Shown: positions 49,101 to 57,678 of the stretch, piece after piece | Position numbering within the stretch: position 1 is the stretch's first letter | Layout of the letters: each line of letters opens with the position of its first letter | NCBI GenBank assembly: GCA_905178155.1 | Contig: CAJINV010000004.1 | Span: 11,556,307-11,620,306 of the forward strand | Source: Amoebophrya sp. A120 | Lineage: Eukaryota; Protista; Dinoflagellata | Length of the DNA stretch: 64,000 nucleotides | Reading direction: 5' to 3' | The notes under the pieces: generated by a model | What the model was told of the DNA's origin: nothing | Seen by the model: only the letters and a program-made list of their open reading frames with translations | The model's database searches: none | Program-made: the position numbers and the translations under genes

Positions 49101-52100
49101 CCTGGGAAATTCGCTCGCAACTCATCCAGCCGCACTTTGCGAACGTGGGGATCGCGGCCCGCACCGGGGCGCTCACGGATTTGTTGCTGCAGTTCACACC
49201 CTTACACGAGGCGAACGTTTGCGTGGTGCGGATCCGGGAGCCGAAGGAGTTTTCGTTCAACAAAACGACCGCGTACATGAACGTGACCAAGGTGCCCGTG
49301 TTGGTGGAGAAAAAGAAGGAAGAAGTGCTGATCGAACTCGACCAGGAGCGGAACCGCATGAACCAGTTCGGGAAGAAATTGACCGCGGTCCAGCACCAGC
49401 GGCTGAGCGACAAAACGTTCCACCTGGCGTACCACAGTATGTTCACGTATCACCAGGTCCCGCTCGACCAGCAGAACCCAAGGTCGCCCTCTTACATCGC
49501 GGAGAACTACTTCTTGGAGCCCACCTTGAAATACAACAGGACGAATCTCGCGCCGACCGTGTTCTACCCGTTGTTCTACGAGAGGCGGAACGTCAGCAAC
49601 ACGTTCCAGCCCATGCAGAACGAGGAGCAGTGGATCCCGCTGCCGCATCACTACGACAGCCGGCTGGCGCCGTCCCAGTTGATCCTTGTCAACTGCAGCC
49701 TCTGTCCGCAGCAGCGAACGCAGATTTTGCTGAAGAACGCGACAACGGGGAATTACACCGAGGGGATGCGGGTTTCCTTGATCAGTTACTTCTACCATCC
49801 ACAGCGGACCGACCAAGATTTTTACCAGTACGTCACCGGGTACAGCGAGGGCTTGGACGAGATGCTGGACTACTATCCACAGCGAATCATATTTGTAAAC
49901 CCTCGTTCCCCCCAACATCCAATTTGTTATGCGCAACCGATGAAGGAAATGGATATTTTTGTCATGCAAAAATGGATCGGGAACGAAGTAGATGACGAGA
50001 ATACTTTTACTGTGGATACTTGCACGCAAGAAACCATGACGGCTTTTGAGCGCCCGGGTAGGGCGCCGCTGATGGACATGAAGAACGAAGTCGCCGTTGC
50101 GGGATACGTGCACGTGAAGGGGATCCCGATTCTGCTGGGCGAGGACACGGTCCGGTGCGCGGAGGGGGTGGTGGGGGAGCTTCCCCCCGGGGCGCTCGCG
50201 TATCCTGTGCAAAAGTATCGTACTCGTATGAATTGCAGGCATGCATGACAAATCTGGTTTCCTACCTAAATCTGCATTACAAATTCCAACTTTCTTCCTG
50301 ATGAAATTTGTCATGCAATTTATACTAGTACGATACTTTTGCAATGCATATCGCGAACACGACGACCACCACCACGTCCACCACCTTCTTGGACGTCCCG
50401 GAGGGCGCGGATCCGGTGGAGTACCAGGTGGCGCAGGAAAGGCTAGCTTTGTCCGGGGAAGCGCTGTTGGACTACTACGCGCGGTCGTCGTATCAGATCA
50501 TCACGCAGTACCAGGAGCTGGACCGGATCCGGTCGCTTCAAAACGACCCCTTCCGCGTGCGGACCCTGCCGGACGGCACGCGGTTGGGCGGGTACAACAA
50601 CGCCAACACGAGGTTCTCGCCCAAAACCCCCTCCCACCAGTGTGACAGCATGCTGAAGTTGTTTGAACCCCAACTGTACGAGCCCAGCCGGATGACCTTC
50701 GTCACCCGCTTCCAGAGGCAGCTCTACTCCGGGGGGCGGATCCGAGTTCAGTCGGTGGAGGACATGGGGCAATTCGTGCCGGATCCGATTGCGCGGGACG
50801 ATATCTTTTACCAGGAGCAGTTGGAAAAGAACAACGAGCCCTGGGAACTTCTGTACACCTATCCGTACCAGCCGAAAGTGTTCCGGTGCCGCCCGACCAC
50901 GAACATGCAGTTTGACGACCGCGACCAGTACGACGCGTGGAAGGCGCAGACCGACCCCGACAAGCTCTGCCCGCCGGAGTTGCGGCAGGAGCACGTGATC
51001 CTGAAAACCGCGGAAACCTCGCACACCGCGGACCGCTTGGTGGAGCGGGTGGAGACCACCCCGAGCTACGGCTTCGCGAGCCGGAAAACGATGAGCCGGC
51101 GGCGGCGGAGCATTGATCTGACCATGCTGAACGTGCAGGAGACAAGGGCGACGTACACCGGCACCGACATAAAGCTCCTGGTCGGAACGGCGGAGCAGCG
51201 GGATTTTGACATCAAGCCCCAGTTCAACTTCGACACCTCCGGGGGGATCCCCGTCGGGCTGGAGGTCACAGCCGTCGCCTTAGTGGAAGACCCGCTGCTC
51301 GCGAACCCCGCGCAGCGCGCCGGCGTGCAGCCGCACCGGGACAGGCTGGTGTCCATGATCTCCGCCTCCGGCATGCACCACGTTTTGGCGAAGTCGGTGC
51401 TCACCCCGGACACGATCGAGAACCACGCGGTGTCGCTGCAGCAACTGTTCGACGGCGTGATTTACCCGATTACGCTGATTTTCTGGGGCGAGCGAAACGT
51501 TTTGAAGGACGAGAAGCAAGTCTCGGAGTTAGCAGAGACCTTCATCGACCCGACGACGGGGCAATCGGTCAAGATCTGGGACACGGACATGGAGATCGAC
51601 GATTACATCGTGTTTCAGCTCTGGGTCATGCCGGGGAAGTTCGACAGCTACCTGCGGATCGAGTCGGAGCTGTACAACAACACGCGGAGTACTTTCATGC
51701 TGTCCACGACGAACGACGCCAGCTATTACATGAATGCGACGGAAATGAAGCTCACCTACCCGCTGCCGACAGAAATCGTCGCGGGCAGGAAGATGGGCGA
51801 GCGCGCGCCGCCGATGAGCGTCGTGCCGCTGGAAATATCCGTGTCGTTGTACAACACGGACCGAAACTATCAGAGTGCACAACTCCCTCTCCGTTTCATT
51901 TGTGCTGCAAAAATGTTCAACTTCAGCTCTTGCCTTGTGGCATTTCATGAGATGACAAACTGGAGTACTCAGACAGTACAACAGTCCGCGCCTGGGCATG
52001 TCATGCAGCCCCTGTCACTGTCTCTTTTTCTGGTCATGCCATGCAAATTGATGGGGAGAGGGACGAGTTGTGCACTCTGATAGAGGCCAGTACTTTGAAA

Positions 52101-55100
52101 ACGACTTCCTTTCCGGGAATCGAACCTGGATTGACATTTTGAAGCCGCCACTGTACGACGACATGCGGCTTTGGAATCGGATGGTGATGAAGCTCATCTT
52201 CGGGGACGAAATTTTTATCACGATCACCAACAACGAGATGACGACGAACATCATCATATCACAGCAAAATAATTAGAGTGTGAACGTTATGAATGCATGT
52301 AGAAAGACAGGGAGTGCATGCAACTTGTATTGCACAGCATTATTGCTAGGCAAAGTCTGTCATGCGTGACTGCAATATCATATTTTTAACGCGTTTACAT
52401 CATTTCTCTAGAAGTTGATACCTCACCGATTTCGTCGTGAAAGAAGTGATGCTGAAGAACGTCTGGCTGCAGAACAACCTCCTGCTCGATGAGTACTACC
52501 CGATGACGGACTATCTTTCTGACGAAAACAAGGCGTGGATCGTGCAGCAGCTGAACGCGGGATCGGGCGTCGCGTCCGGCGCGATCATGTCCGACACCGG
52601 GGGCAGCGGCGGGGGCTCGGGGACAGTTTATTCTCCCTTTGGGCAGATCGTGGTGCAGAACACGACCACCCTCCCTCCGTACAACTACACCTGCCAGCCG
52701 CACATCTGGGCGCACGTGCTCCAGGTGTGCGACGCGGAGTGCCGGGCGCTGGTGTCCGGCATGCGCGACACGGCCGGGAAAAAGCCGCCGTTGGCCGCCC
52801 CGTACCGAAACTGCGACAACTACTGCAAGGCGCAGCAGGGGGGCTACGAGTGCACGCTGGCGGCGGAGGAGCGGGCGGACCCGAACACCGGACTGCCCAG
52901 CTGCAACATCCAGGGGGAGTACAGCTGCGACTTCGACTTCTCGCTCTACACGGACGACGTCATTTGCCAGTGCCGCCCGACGACCACCACCACGACCACG
53001 CCGCCCCCGCCGCCACACCCGGTGCCGAAAGTGGTGGTCACGCACATGGACTTCATTTTGCCGAAGGACTACCGGTTCTACGGCACGGTGATCAGCAAGT
53101 TCGTCGGGACGGGGGGCATGCGGAATTGGGGCAGCATGCTTTTTCCCTACGAACCGGACGCGAACCCGCCGTTGTTCCCCCCGCCGATGCCCATCCAGAA
53201 AACCATCAACACGCCCCCGGAAAACCCGGAAGACAACCGGTGGTTCGTCCGCACGAGAAGAATGTGGAACGAGTTCGTCGTGACCAGCGTGAACCCGAAT
53301 ACGCAGGTGCAGACCGGGGAATACCAGCTCATGTCCCTCGTGACCGGGTGGGGCGTGGTCCACGGCTTCCCCCTGGCCGAACTGTCCAGAACCTCCGTGG
53401 TGTACCCGGTGCTCCCCAACCTAGTGGACGCGGACGTGCACGCGGGCTTCGAGCTGGCGTACCGCGTTGTCACCTTCGCGCACTCGTTAATAATCTCCGC
53501 ACCGCGCGGGTTCCTCCTCCAGTGCGCCCCCCCTTCGGTGCCCTCCCCCCAGGCGCAAACGTGCACCACGGACAGCTCGGGCGTGGAAAACTGCCAGTCG
53601 GACTACCGCTGCAACACGTGCATCGACATCGTGCGGTCGCGCCTGCTCTTCGCCAAGGACGCAGAAACGGACAACACGGGCTTCAACCTGGCGCCCGGCG
53701 CGGCAAACTCAGCGAACGGGCTGATCACGGATCCAATCCTGGCGTTGTTCGGCCAGGCACTGCAGAGCAACACGGACCCCGACACGGGGGAGTGCTACGA
53801 CCCGTTCACCATGTTCACGACCCAGGAGGCCCTGGACGAGAACTTCGGGCAGTTTGCGTTTTACGTGAACATGAGCGTAAAGGGGCTGATTCTCTCCCAG
53901 CAGCAGATTGGCGACGTGGAGCTGCTCGACAAGGCTGTTCCCTTTTCGTTTTTCTTGAAACTGCGAACCAGTTCCGACACGCGAACCGCACTGGAGATCC
54001 GGGACGACCAGATGCAGTCTTTGGATCCGAACAATCTATCAACTACAAATATGTTTGGGTCTGGAAACCCGTGATGCTGAATGGAGCACGATTGAAGAGC
54101 TTGCAATGGCAGCCAAGCATGACAAGTTTTTGAGAAGCCTGCTGATGCCTAGCACGCCTCACAAATTGCGTCTTCGAAGGAACAAGGCCAGCTTTCGCTG
54201 CTCTGGCAACGCAGGTTTTCCAATTCCAGGAATGCAAGACACGCATCACAAGTTCGACTGTTTCATCCCAGACACATTTGTAATCCATAAAACCCGGACA
54301 CGTACAACGGGGAATGGGACTTCAGAATACACGATTTGGACAACATCACGGTTGACGCCAAATTTGATATCCCCAACCCGCACTTTGTCACCGGGTTGCC
54401 CATGGAGGCGCCGAAGCTGAAGATGCAGTTTCCCGTATCCTGAGTAAAAACGTACCCACACCAGAGTCAAGATGGGGAATCGGCTAGACAATTCCACAAG
54501 TTTTGGCTGTTTTGCATGACAAATTTGGATTCGTAGTGTAGTGCTGTTTGAGCTAGCTCAGCAGCATCACAGATCTAGCATACCATGCTGATTGAAGCAT
54601 GACAAATTGCAAAGCACGACTAGAAAATGCTTCTCATGGAGCTCCGCATGAGAAACATTTTCAGCATGCAGATTTGCATTACAACTCTGGCGTGGGTACG
54701 TTTTTACTCAGGATATCCCGAGTTCAACGTACGTGACGCTGGGAGCTGGGACAAGTATCAAATGTAAAAATGTCTGGGTCTGGAAGATTCTGAGATTTGT
54801 CATGCATGTTTTGCATGAGCCCTGACGTCTGTGATGCATGCCCTAGCATCACAGTTTTTTTGAGAGTTTCTTGATGCCTATTCCGCATGACAAATGCCCT
54901 CTCCGCGTACCTGTAGGACGTGGAACGGGTGTGGTACCTGTAGGACGTGGAACGGGTGTCCACCTAGGGGTATTGGCAGAGGCTAAATCTGTTCTAACGC
55001 CACGGCATTGGCAGAGGCTAAATCTGTTCTAACGCCACCCTGACAGGAGTCAAATGTCAAAACGATGCGATACGATACGCGTAGCAAAAATTACATTCCT

Positions 55101-56666
55101 TTTGGTACTCGTGCAATACAGATTTTTCTGGAATCCAAATTCAGCATCACAGGTTGCATTCTTCCAGACCCAGACATTTTTACATTTGATAACAAGTGGA
55201 AGTCGACGATTACGGTCAGCTTCGCCACCCGCAACCCAATTTATTTCATCGACGAGACGAGCCGATTCAAGGCGATTCTGATCGTGTTGCCCCAGATGTT
55301 TGAGCACAACATCCAGGAGCCCTCGGAATTCATATGCATTTTTGCAAATTTTCCGTCTCGGTCCTCTGGATTTGTGTGGTGCGAGATTTGAAGGCCAACA
55401 AGATCATCTGTGATGCGTGAACATTGGCAGGAGCAATGGCCAGCTTTATTTTTGTCGCGCTGGGCCATTGAGATTGAAGTTTGTTAATCGTATTCGTCAC
55501 TCTACCCACGAATGAACTTCGAAGCTAAACTTATCGCGCTCTTGTGCCCCGCCCGTGCAGGGCAGGGCTGCATCTGGCATGCAAGCACAACTTCTATGAC
55601 AGGTTGCCTATGAAGATGTATCCATCTGTCCGGACCGAGACATGTTTGCATTCCATAGTTCAAGTCGCTGAACCAAAAGTTCCCGACCGCCATGAATCAA
55701 GAGTGGCGGCAGTACCGGGCGAGCAAGCGGTATGTCGTGGTGTTGATTGAGGCCATTGGGATCGAGGAGCTGAAACTAGATGTGGACACTTATTCGTGGC
55801 AGTTTCCCATCAAGGTATTATACTACTCGTTTAGTTTTTTTCAGTAGAATTTGAAGTGCACATAATTTTTGTTTTCAGCGCTGGCTGGTGGTCCTGTGTC
55901 TGTGGACAAGCTTTATTTGTGCTGTCACTGCGCGCATGCGAGCACCCGCTCGCGGAGTAGAGTAAGTAACTCGCCTCTAGTTCTTCGGCGGCATAATTGC
56001 GGGCTTCAGGTCGTATAAAGTATTTCTGTATTGTCGATGGAAGAAGTGTAAACAAAAAGCACACTCCTCCGTCAGGTTCCCTCGCGTCTTTGGCCGATAG
56101 ACACGACCTTCCAGCTGATTCTTTTATCAAATGTAAAAATGTCTGGGTCTGGAAGAATCCAACTTGTCATGCTGATTTTGGATTCTAAAAAAATCTGTAT
56201 TGCATGAGCAGCAAAGAGAGTCTAAGTTTTGCTACACAGCAAGAGCATTTGTCATGCGGTATAGGCATCAGGAAGCCCTCACAAAATCTGTGATGCTAGG
56301 GCATGCATCACAGACATCAGGAGTCATGCAAAATGTGCATGACAAACCTGGCAATCTTCCAGACCCAGACATTTTTACATTTGATATCTTTGCCGCAACT
56401 ACAATCCCTGCGGATGGCCCATGCCCGCCGAAGATTACGTGGTCAGGTTTCCCATCTACGGCCCGTCCCGCGAAGAATACCTCCGCCTGATTGATCTAGA
56501 CGACACGGTGTATTACCGGGGGGCTGCAGCGGGAAAACTATCCGGGAGATCGTCCGTCTCGGTGACGACCATGCTGGCAAGCCTGTTTGCGGTCTGGTGT
56601 CTATTCACATCAATAGGCACTGTCTCGGGGCGGGACGGAGAGAGGAGAAAAAAATGGCTCATATGA
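19136..56666 (+). CDS. Giant (~7,850 aa) multi-exon Thr-rich secreted/surface protein with N-terminal hydrophobic segment and C-terminal hydrophobic tail
   Basis: Removing 52 introners (+5 nt each) and 3 GT-AG introns (13,984 nt) from 37,531 nt leaves 23,547 nt = 7,849 codons; frame continuous at junctions checked; start could be ATG 19136 or 19235. Confidence 0.8.
20204..20515. mobile_element. Introner family D (TIR tatggaa.tgtcaggatcgaaat)
   Basis: TIRs; DR cgccg/ccccg. Confidence 0.92.
22336..22588. mobile_element. Introner family A
   Basis: TIRs; DR caacg/catcg. Confidence 0.92.
23099..23351. mobile_element. Introner family A
   Basis: TIRs; DR cctga. Confidence 0.95.
24279..24490. mobile_element. 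Degenerate introner (family E)
   Basis: tatggcagctggaaatttgg...ccgaatttccaaaccttccata; element+5 nt removal restores frame; DR decayed. Confidence 0.7.
24662..24925. mobile_element. Introner family A
   Basis: TIRs; DR tccaa. Confidence 0.95.
24965..25243. mobile_element. Introner family F (TIR tatcc.g.gtaaaaacgt.cccac.ccagagt)
   Basis: TIRs; DR cacga. Confidence 0.93.
25789..25941. mobile_element. Introner family B
   Basis: TIRs; DR gtgcc. Confidence 0.93.
26019..26257. mobile_element. Introner family A
   Basis: TIRs; DR cgttg/cgtcg; near-identical to 23099 copy. Confidence 0.93.
27012..27220. mobile_element. Introner family G (TIR tatc..a.gaaaaaactgtttcactgtg)
   Basis: TIRs; DR cactc; second copy at 58968. 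Confidence 0.93.
27946..28213. mobile_element. Introner family A
   Basis: TIRs; DR cgctc. Confidence 0.93.
28286..28550. mobile_element. Introner family A
   Basis: TIRs; DR ggtgg. Confidence 0.95.
28717..28933. mobile_element. Introner family C
   Basis: TIRs; DR tcggc. Confidence 0.92.
28976..29238. mobile_element. Introner family A
   Basis: TIRs; DR ggagg. Confidence 0.95.
29447..29580 (+). other. Canonical GT-AG intron
   Basis: gtataa...ttttcacag; joins VGT to LKEE in frame. Confidence 0.75.
29675..29936. mobile_element. Introner family A
   Basis: TIRs; DR aacct. Confidence 0.95.
29993..30202. mobile_element. Introner family H (TIR tatgcaagaaaaaaa.tgtgtaagtgtaa)
   Basis: TIRs; DR gccgt. 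Confidence 0.93.
30689..30910. mobile_element. Degenerate introner (family E-like)
   Basis: tatgaggtgga...tcctcctccata; element+5 nt removal rejoins Thr tract in frame. Confidence 0.6.
30974..31121. mobile_element. Introner family B
   Basis: TIRs; DR ccaca. Confidence 0.93.
31175..31436. mobile_element. Introner family A
   Basis: TIRs; DR cctct/cctcc. Confidence 0.93.
31615..31873. mobile_element. Introner family A
   Basis: TIRs; DR aacca. Confidence 0.93.
32865..32998 (+). other. Canonical GT-AG intron
   Basis: gtagaa...ctgcacag; joins PNK-D-MLL in frame. Confidence 0.75.
33065..33386. mobile_element. Introner family I (TIR tatcaaaaggaaaaatccccc.ccccata)
   Basis: TIRs; DR cccgc. Confidence 0.93.
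33515..33766. mobile_element. Introner family J (TIR tat.ac..gctca...gttacaatctcaaacgttacaatag)
   Basis: TIRs; DR aaacg; second copy at 44521. Confidence 0.93.
34124..34410. mobile_element. Introner family D
   Basis: TIRs; DR ccgcc. Confidence 0.93.
34454..34713. mobile_element. Introner family A
   Basis: TIRs; DR cggcg. Confidence 0.93.
34802..35107. mobile_element. Introner family D
   Basis: TIRs; DR tccgg. Confidence 0.93.
35156..35438. mobile_element. Introner family F
   Basis: TIRs; DR catca. Confidence 0.92.
35787..36054. mobile_element. Introner family A
   Basis: TIRs; DR gaagt. Confidence 0.95.
37311..37704. mobile_element. Introner family K with ~47-bp TIR and nested internal inverted repeat
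   Basis: tatggcgggagcaaaacaatatttttgaaaacaataaaattttgacc and its reverse complement; DR tacga. Confidence 0.95.
37776..38037. mobile_element. Introner family A
   Basis: TIRs; DR atgtc; very similar to 28286 copy. Confidence 0.95.
38110..38369. mobile_element. Introner family A
   Basis: TIRs; DR ccttc/ccttt; reverse complement of 34454 copy. Confidence 0.93.
38966..39132. mobile_element. Introner family L (diverged)
   Basis: tatccaccgtaaatttc...gaaatttgtattgcata; DR acgcc/atgcc. Confidence 0.8.
39648..39911. mobile_element. Introner family A
   Basis: TIRs; DR gcttg. Confidence 0.93.
40527..40741. mobile_element. Introner family H
   Basis: TIRs; DR cttgc. Confidence 0.93.
40807..41058. mobile_element. 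Introner family A
   Basis: TIRs; DR ctttg; reverse complement of 22336 copy. Confidence 0.95.
41592..41901. mobile_element. Introner family D
   Basis: TIRs; DR gttcg; reverse complement of 20204 copy. Confidence 0.95.
42057..42306. mobile_element. Introner family A
   Basis: TIRs; DR cggcg. Confidence 0.95.
42419..42631. mobile_element. Introner family H
   Basis: TIRs; DR cgaga. Confidence 0.92.
42674..42940. mobile_element. Introner family A
   Basis: TIRs; DR caaac. Confidence 0.95.
44233..44484. mobile_element. Introner family A
   Basis: TIRs (3' end ATT); DR gtcct/gtccc; reverse complement of 2346 copy. Confidence 0.9.
44521..44776. mobile_element. Introner family J
   Basis: TIRs; DR accat. 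Confidence 0.93.
45452..45773. mobile_element. Introner family I
   Basis: TIRs; DR acatg. Confidence 0.93.
45834..46112. mobile_element. Introner family F
   Basis: TIRs; DR cgtgg. Confidence 0.95.
46264..46512. mobile_element. Introner family A
   Basis: TIRs; DR cccga. Confidence 0.95.
47371..47595. mobile_element. Introner family A (diverged)
   Basis: Imperfect TIRs; DR gcgct/gaact; frame restored. Confidence 0.8.
49874..50018. mobile_element. Cryptic degenerate introner (family B-like), in frame and stop-free
   Basis: tatccacag...ctgtggata ends, internal tttgttatgc/tttgtcatgc motifs, AT-richer than flanks; 145+5=150 nt. Confidence 0.65.
50201..50350. mobile_element. Introner family B
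   Basis: TIRs; DR tcgcg. Confidence 0.95.
51868..52082. mobile_element. Introner family C
   Basis: tatcagagtgcacaactc...gagttgtgcactctgata; DR gaaac/gaggc. Confidence 0.9.
52257..52420. mobile_element. Degenerate introner (family M)
   Basis: tatca...tgata; DR catca/cctca; frame restored. Confidence 0.75.
54037..54289. mobile_element. Introner family A
   Basis: TIRs; DR caatc/aaacc; similar to 22336 copy. Confidence 0.88.
54436..54715. mobile_element. Introner family F
   Basis: TIRs; DR tcccg. Confidence 0.95.
54756..55191. mobile_element. Introner family A carrying a nested ~170-nt insertion
   Basis: TIRs; DR acaag; extra block 54910-55077. Confidence 0.95.
54908..55038. repeat. Two adjacent tandem duplications (25 nt x2 and 32 nt x2)
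   Basis: tacctgtaggacgtggaacgggtgt at 54908 and 54935; attggcagaggctaaatctgttctaacgccac at 54972 and 55007. Confidence 0.95.
55333..55657. mobile_element. Diverged family A-like introner
   Basis: tatgca..gtctcggtcc / ggaccgagac..tgcattccata; DR attca/gttca. Confidence 0.85.
55815..56075 (+). other. Canonical GT-AG intron
   Basis: gtatta...ccgtcag; joins FPIK to VPSR in frame. Confidence 0.75.
56125..56386. mobile_element. Introner family A
   Basis: TIRs; DR tcttt. Confidence 0.95.
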
Positions 56667-57678
56667 GAGATAAAGGCCGGGCTGGTAGAAGTAGTTGCTC
56701 AGATGGCTCGTTCCCCGCAGAGCGACACTGTAACCGGTTAAATCCAGTACCTTTTCTTTTCCAAGATGCAACTACAAAAACTGCTCGCATACAGTTTTCT
56801 TTTCCATTCGTTACTACGAGATGCAGATGTAGATGACTTCGATCACCAGTCTAAAATTCAAAATAATCTTATTCCAACTCCAAGAAACTACGACTAGTCT
56901 TTCTTTTTTTCACAAAAACACGTTAATTATTGCATTAATACTTCGTTCATGTTTTGCTTTTCATCGCAGAGCTTCAGCCAGATTGATTTTTCCAATAAAT
57001 TTGCAACAAAAGAGAGATGGCGATGGGACTTGCAGAGGAACTTCGGCCCAAAGAGCGGTAAAACCTGCTGCGAGGCTTCGTAGTTCTTCCTGCAACTACA
57101 TCCTTATCTGCTCGGGTTTTCTTTTCAACAGTTTATTTCAACACTCGCTCTCGTTTTTCTTTGGTTTTTATTGCTTTGGGTCTCGCCCTAGAAAAAATCC
57201 AATCCATTTTAATTCAAAGTTGTTACACAAGGACTGCTGGTCCTGGTGCGGCAGTAGCACCGTGGCGAGGGAGCAGATAGTCTTCTATTCGGGGAAGAAT
57301 CAGAATAAAAGATGTTGCAAAAACTCGAGGACGGACAAAAAGAACACCAGACACGCATTCGGTGGTCGCTTTCAGGAGTAAGAAACATTGCGCGGGCGTG
57401 GCCGTCTTCGGCACACGAGCAAGATGCTCTGTTCAGACAAAAGGTAGTTGTTTTCGCATTTCCATCGTGCCTCGGTCTGCTTTTATTGCTACGGCGAGTA
57501 GTATCTTTGTACTGACGACCCGTACAACAGACTCGCCACTGAGTAAACGGTACATCGTGGGTAATGAAAGTCTGAGCAGTGAGCGGCTTGTCCGAGCGGA
57601 GAAATGCCTGAACCAATCGGAAATCTGGCGGGACGATAGGGCAGTATCCAGGACATTAACAAGTACTTCAGAATTAGA

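Noticed and set aside
47590-54133. Long alternative-frame and antisense ORFs (e.g. 48895-49995, 49202-50344, 52535-54133)
   Set aside because: Arg/Gly/Pro-rich shadows of GC3-biased real exons
19136-56666. Interpretation as dozens of separate small genes or a transposon-destroyed pseudogene
   Set aside because: Exons join into one frame with no stops seen; IFT20 shows the same elements sit in an intact conserved gene
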